Positions 63,021 to 64,000 of a DNA stretch of 64,000 bases are shown here, piece after piece. The DNA comes from Eutreptiella sp. 'Long Island Sound 2002' (taxonomy: Eukaryota > Protista > Euglenida), in the NCBI GenBank assembly GCA_964036045.1, contig OZ038378.1, positions 13,888,001-13,952,000 of the forward strand, written 5' to 3'. Made by a program: the position numbers and the translations under genes. Numbering within the stretch: the stretch's first letter is position 1; each line of letters starts with the position of its first letter. Under the pieces are notes generated by a model. It was not told the origin of the DNA, did not search any database, and was given only the letters and a program-made list of their open reading frames with translations.

Positions 63021-63354
63021 CTGACGTGAACGATGGGTCATCACTGAATATTCCAGACCGTAAGGGAAAGAGGGTGGGGTCCCTGGAGCTCAATCTTGAA
63101 GACTTGGAGGTCGCAGGGCCCGCAACGGGTCCATGAAGAAGACGGAGGGGGAGGGCTACAGGGCTTGTGCTGTGCAATGCTGATGAGGCCGCAACAGATC
63201 CGACACAGAGTGGCGCAAGGAGCAGCAGGAGCAGGATGAGGCCACCAGCTGGATGTGCACAGGGTATTGCATGCAGGGAAAACCGGGTGCAGCACTGCCT
63301 GGGTCGTGCACTGGTTTGCAAGGGCTCCCAGCTGAGGGCCTGCAGGGAGTCCAT
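63021..63354 (-). CDS. Plastid presequence exon 1 (signal peptide + Ser/Ala/Pro-rich transit peptide)
   Basis: ATG lies 6 nt after an AG (possible trans-splice acceptor). GGLILLLLLLAPLCVGSVAASSALHSTSP. TCA G|GTCTT donor, phase 1, matches exon 2. Confidence 0.6.
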
Positions 63355-63769
63355 GAGGCACTAGCTGGGGTGAAAGACTACGGTTGGGACATGGTATCAA
63401 AATAACCTGCACATGGATAGTGATACGGACCAACATAAGCACTGACAAGAGCCCTGGCAAGCGCAAAGGCAGCAGCGGCAGCAGTAGCAGCAGCAATCAA
63501 TGTCAAGGGGTGGATCCAATAATTGCGAATGATTGCAGGTAGTTTGCAGCAAACTGAGGTTCTGGATCCTTCATCAACAGGCAAGATTCTGTGCCACCAT
63601 GGCTCACTCTCGGTATCTACAAGCGTGATCTCTGTATAGCATCTCGGTAAATTCACAAGCATGCATTTTTTCAGTGGGATTCACAGATGCCTGGCACAAA
63701 TCGTCATCTCATAATTTCAATGAGATGCAACCGCACAGGTGGAACCGGACGCAGCAAACACCATCTGCA

Positions 63770-64000
63770 CTATGTCACTGCATTCCCTAGTCCATGACGC
63801 AGACGTTGGGCGGGCTGGTGCGGCTGGTATACACACAATTGGGATGTTTTGGGTGCACACAAACGACCCACGTCCAAGGGGTTCACCTCCTCTAGGGCAG
63901 TGTCGGCAATGAGGGCCGCAAGGCGGGATTCGTGCTGGCTCCCATCGCCAGGGGGGCTCGCGCCGGGCGGTTCGGGGTCTTCATCTGATGCATCCACCGG
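63770..64000 (-). CDS. Possible terminal exon of an upstream gene (runs off the window)
   Basis: 77 open codons ending in TAG, with protein-like composition (ESRLAALIADTALEEVNPLDVG). No family recognised. Confidence 0.3.
   Translation of the reverse strand, partial: PVDASDEDPEPPGASPPGDGSQHESRLAALIADTALEEVNPLDVGRLCAPKTSQLCVYQPHQPAQRLRHGLGNAVT

Noticed and set aside
63378-63662. 94-aa ORF with an Ala-rich hydrophobic stretch as a true first exon
   Set aside because: No nearby acceptor joins its phase-1 donor to the MDSLQ frame without a stop. It is left as a possible uORF or chance ORF.
1-64000. Euglenid non-canonical introns, spliced-leader RNA, 5S rRNA or TTAGGG telomere arrays
   Set aside because: Every boundary I could place is GT-AG, and I saw no SL, rRNA or telomeric sequence. 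Non-canonical introns cannot be excluded without transcripts.

Overview
Eukaryotic, intron-rich, repeat-laden DNA. It is most likely a photosynthetic euglenid (Euglena/Eutreptiella-like). That is an inference from one protein with a signal peptide + transit peptide + second transmembrane (class I) plastid presequence. Three multi-exon genes are supported, all with GT-AG introns where boundaries could be placed: (1) the 3' part of a site-1 protease/SKI-1 subtilase (MBTPS1-like, + strand, 1464-14695, 5' part outside the window); (2) a cupin + two DUF952 fusion (- strand, 41312-43585); (3) a plastid-targeted mTERF-like repeat protein (- strand, 52605-63354). A possible last exon of a fourth gene lies at the right edge. 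The introns and the 15-41 kb and 44-52 kb intervals are filled with decayed transposons and MITE-like elements. The most notable structures are: a family of ~700-bp cassettes bounded by direct GCAGTGC-doublet motifs, one carrying an intact Tudor/SH3-like ORF; a triple-nested insertion, where a hAT-like element holds a 122-bp tandem array split by a 1200-bp TIR element with a 5-bp TSD and three long palindromes; a 72-bp degenerate tandem array; an antisense Ulp1-like remnant inside a hAT remnant; and a predicted 7-nt micro-exon. I found no rRNA, tRNA, CRISPR array or demonstrable non-canonical intron. All calls were made by eye, without database searches.
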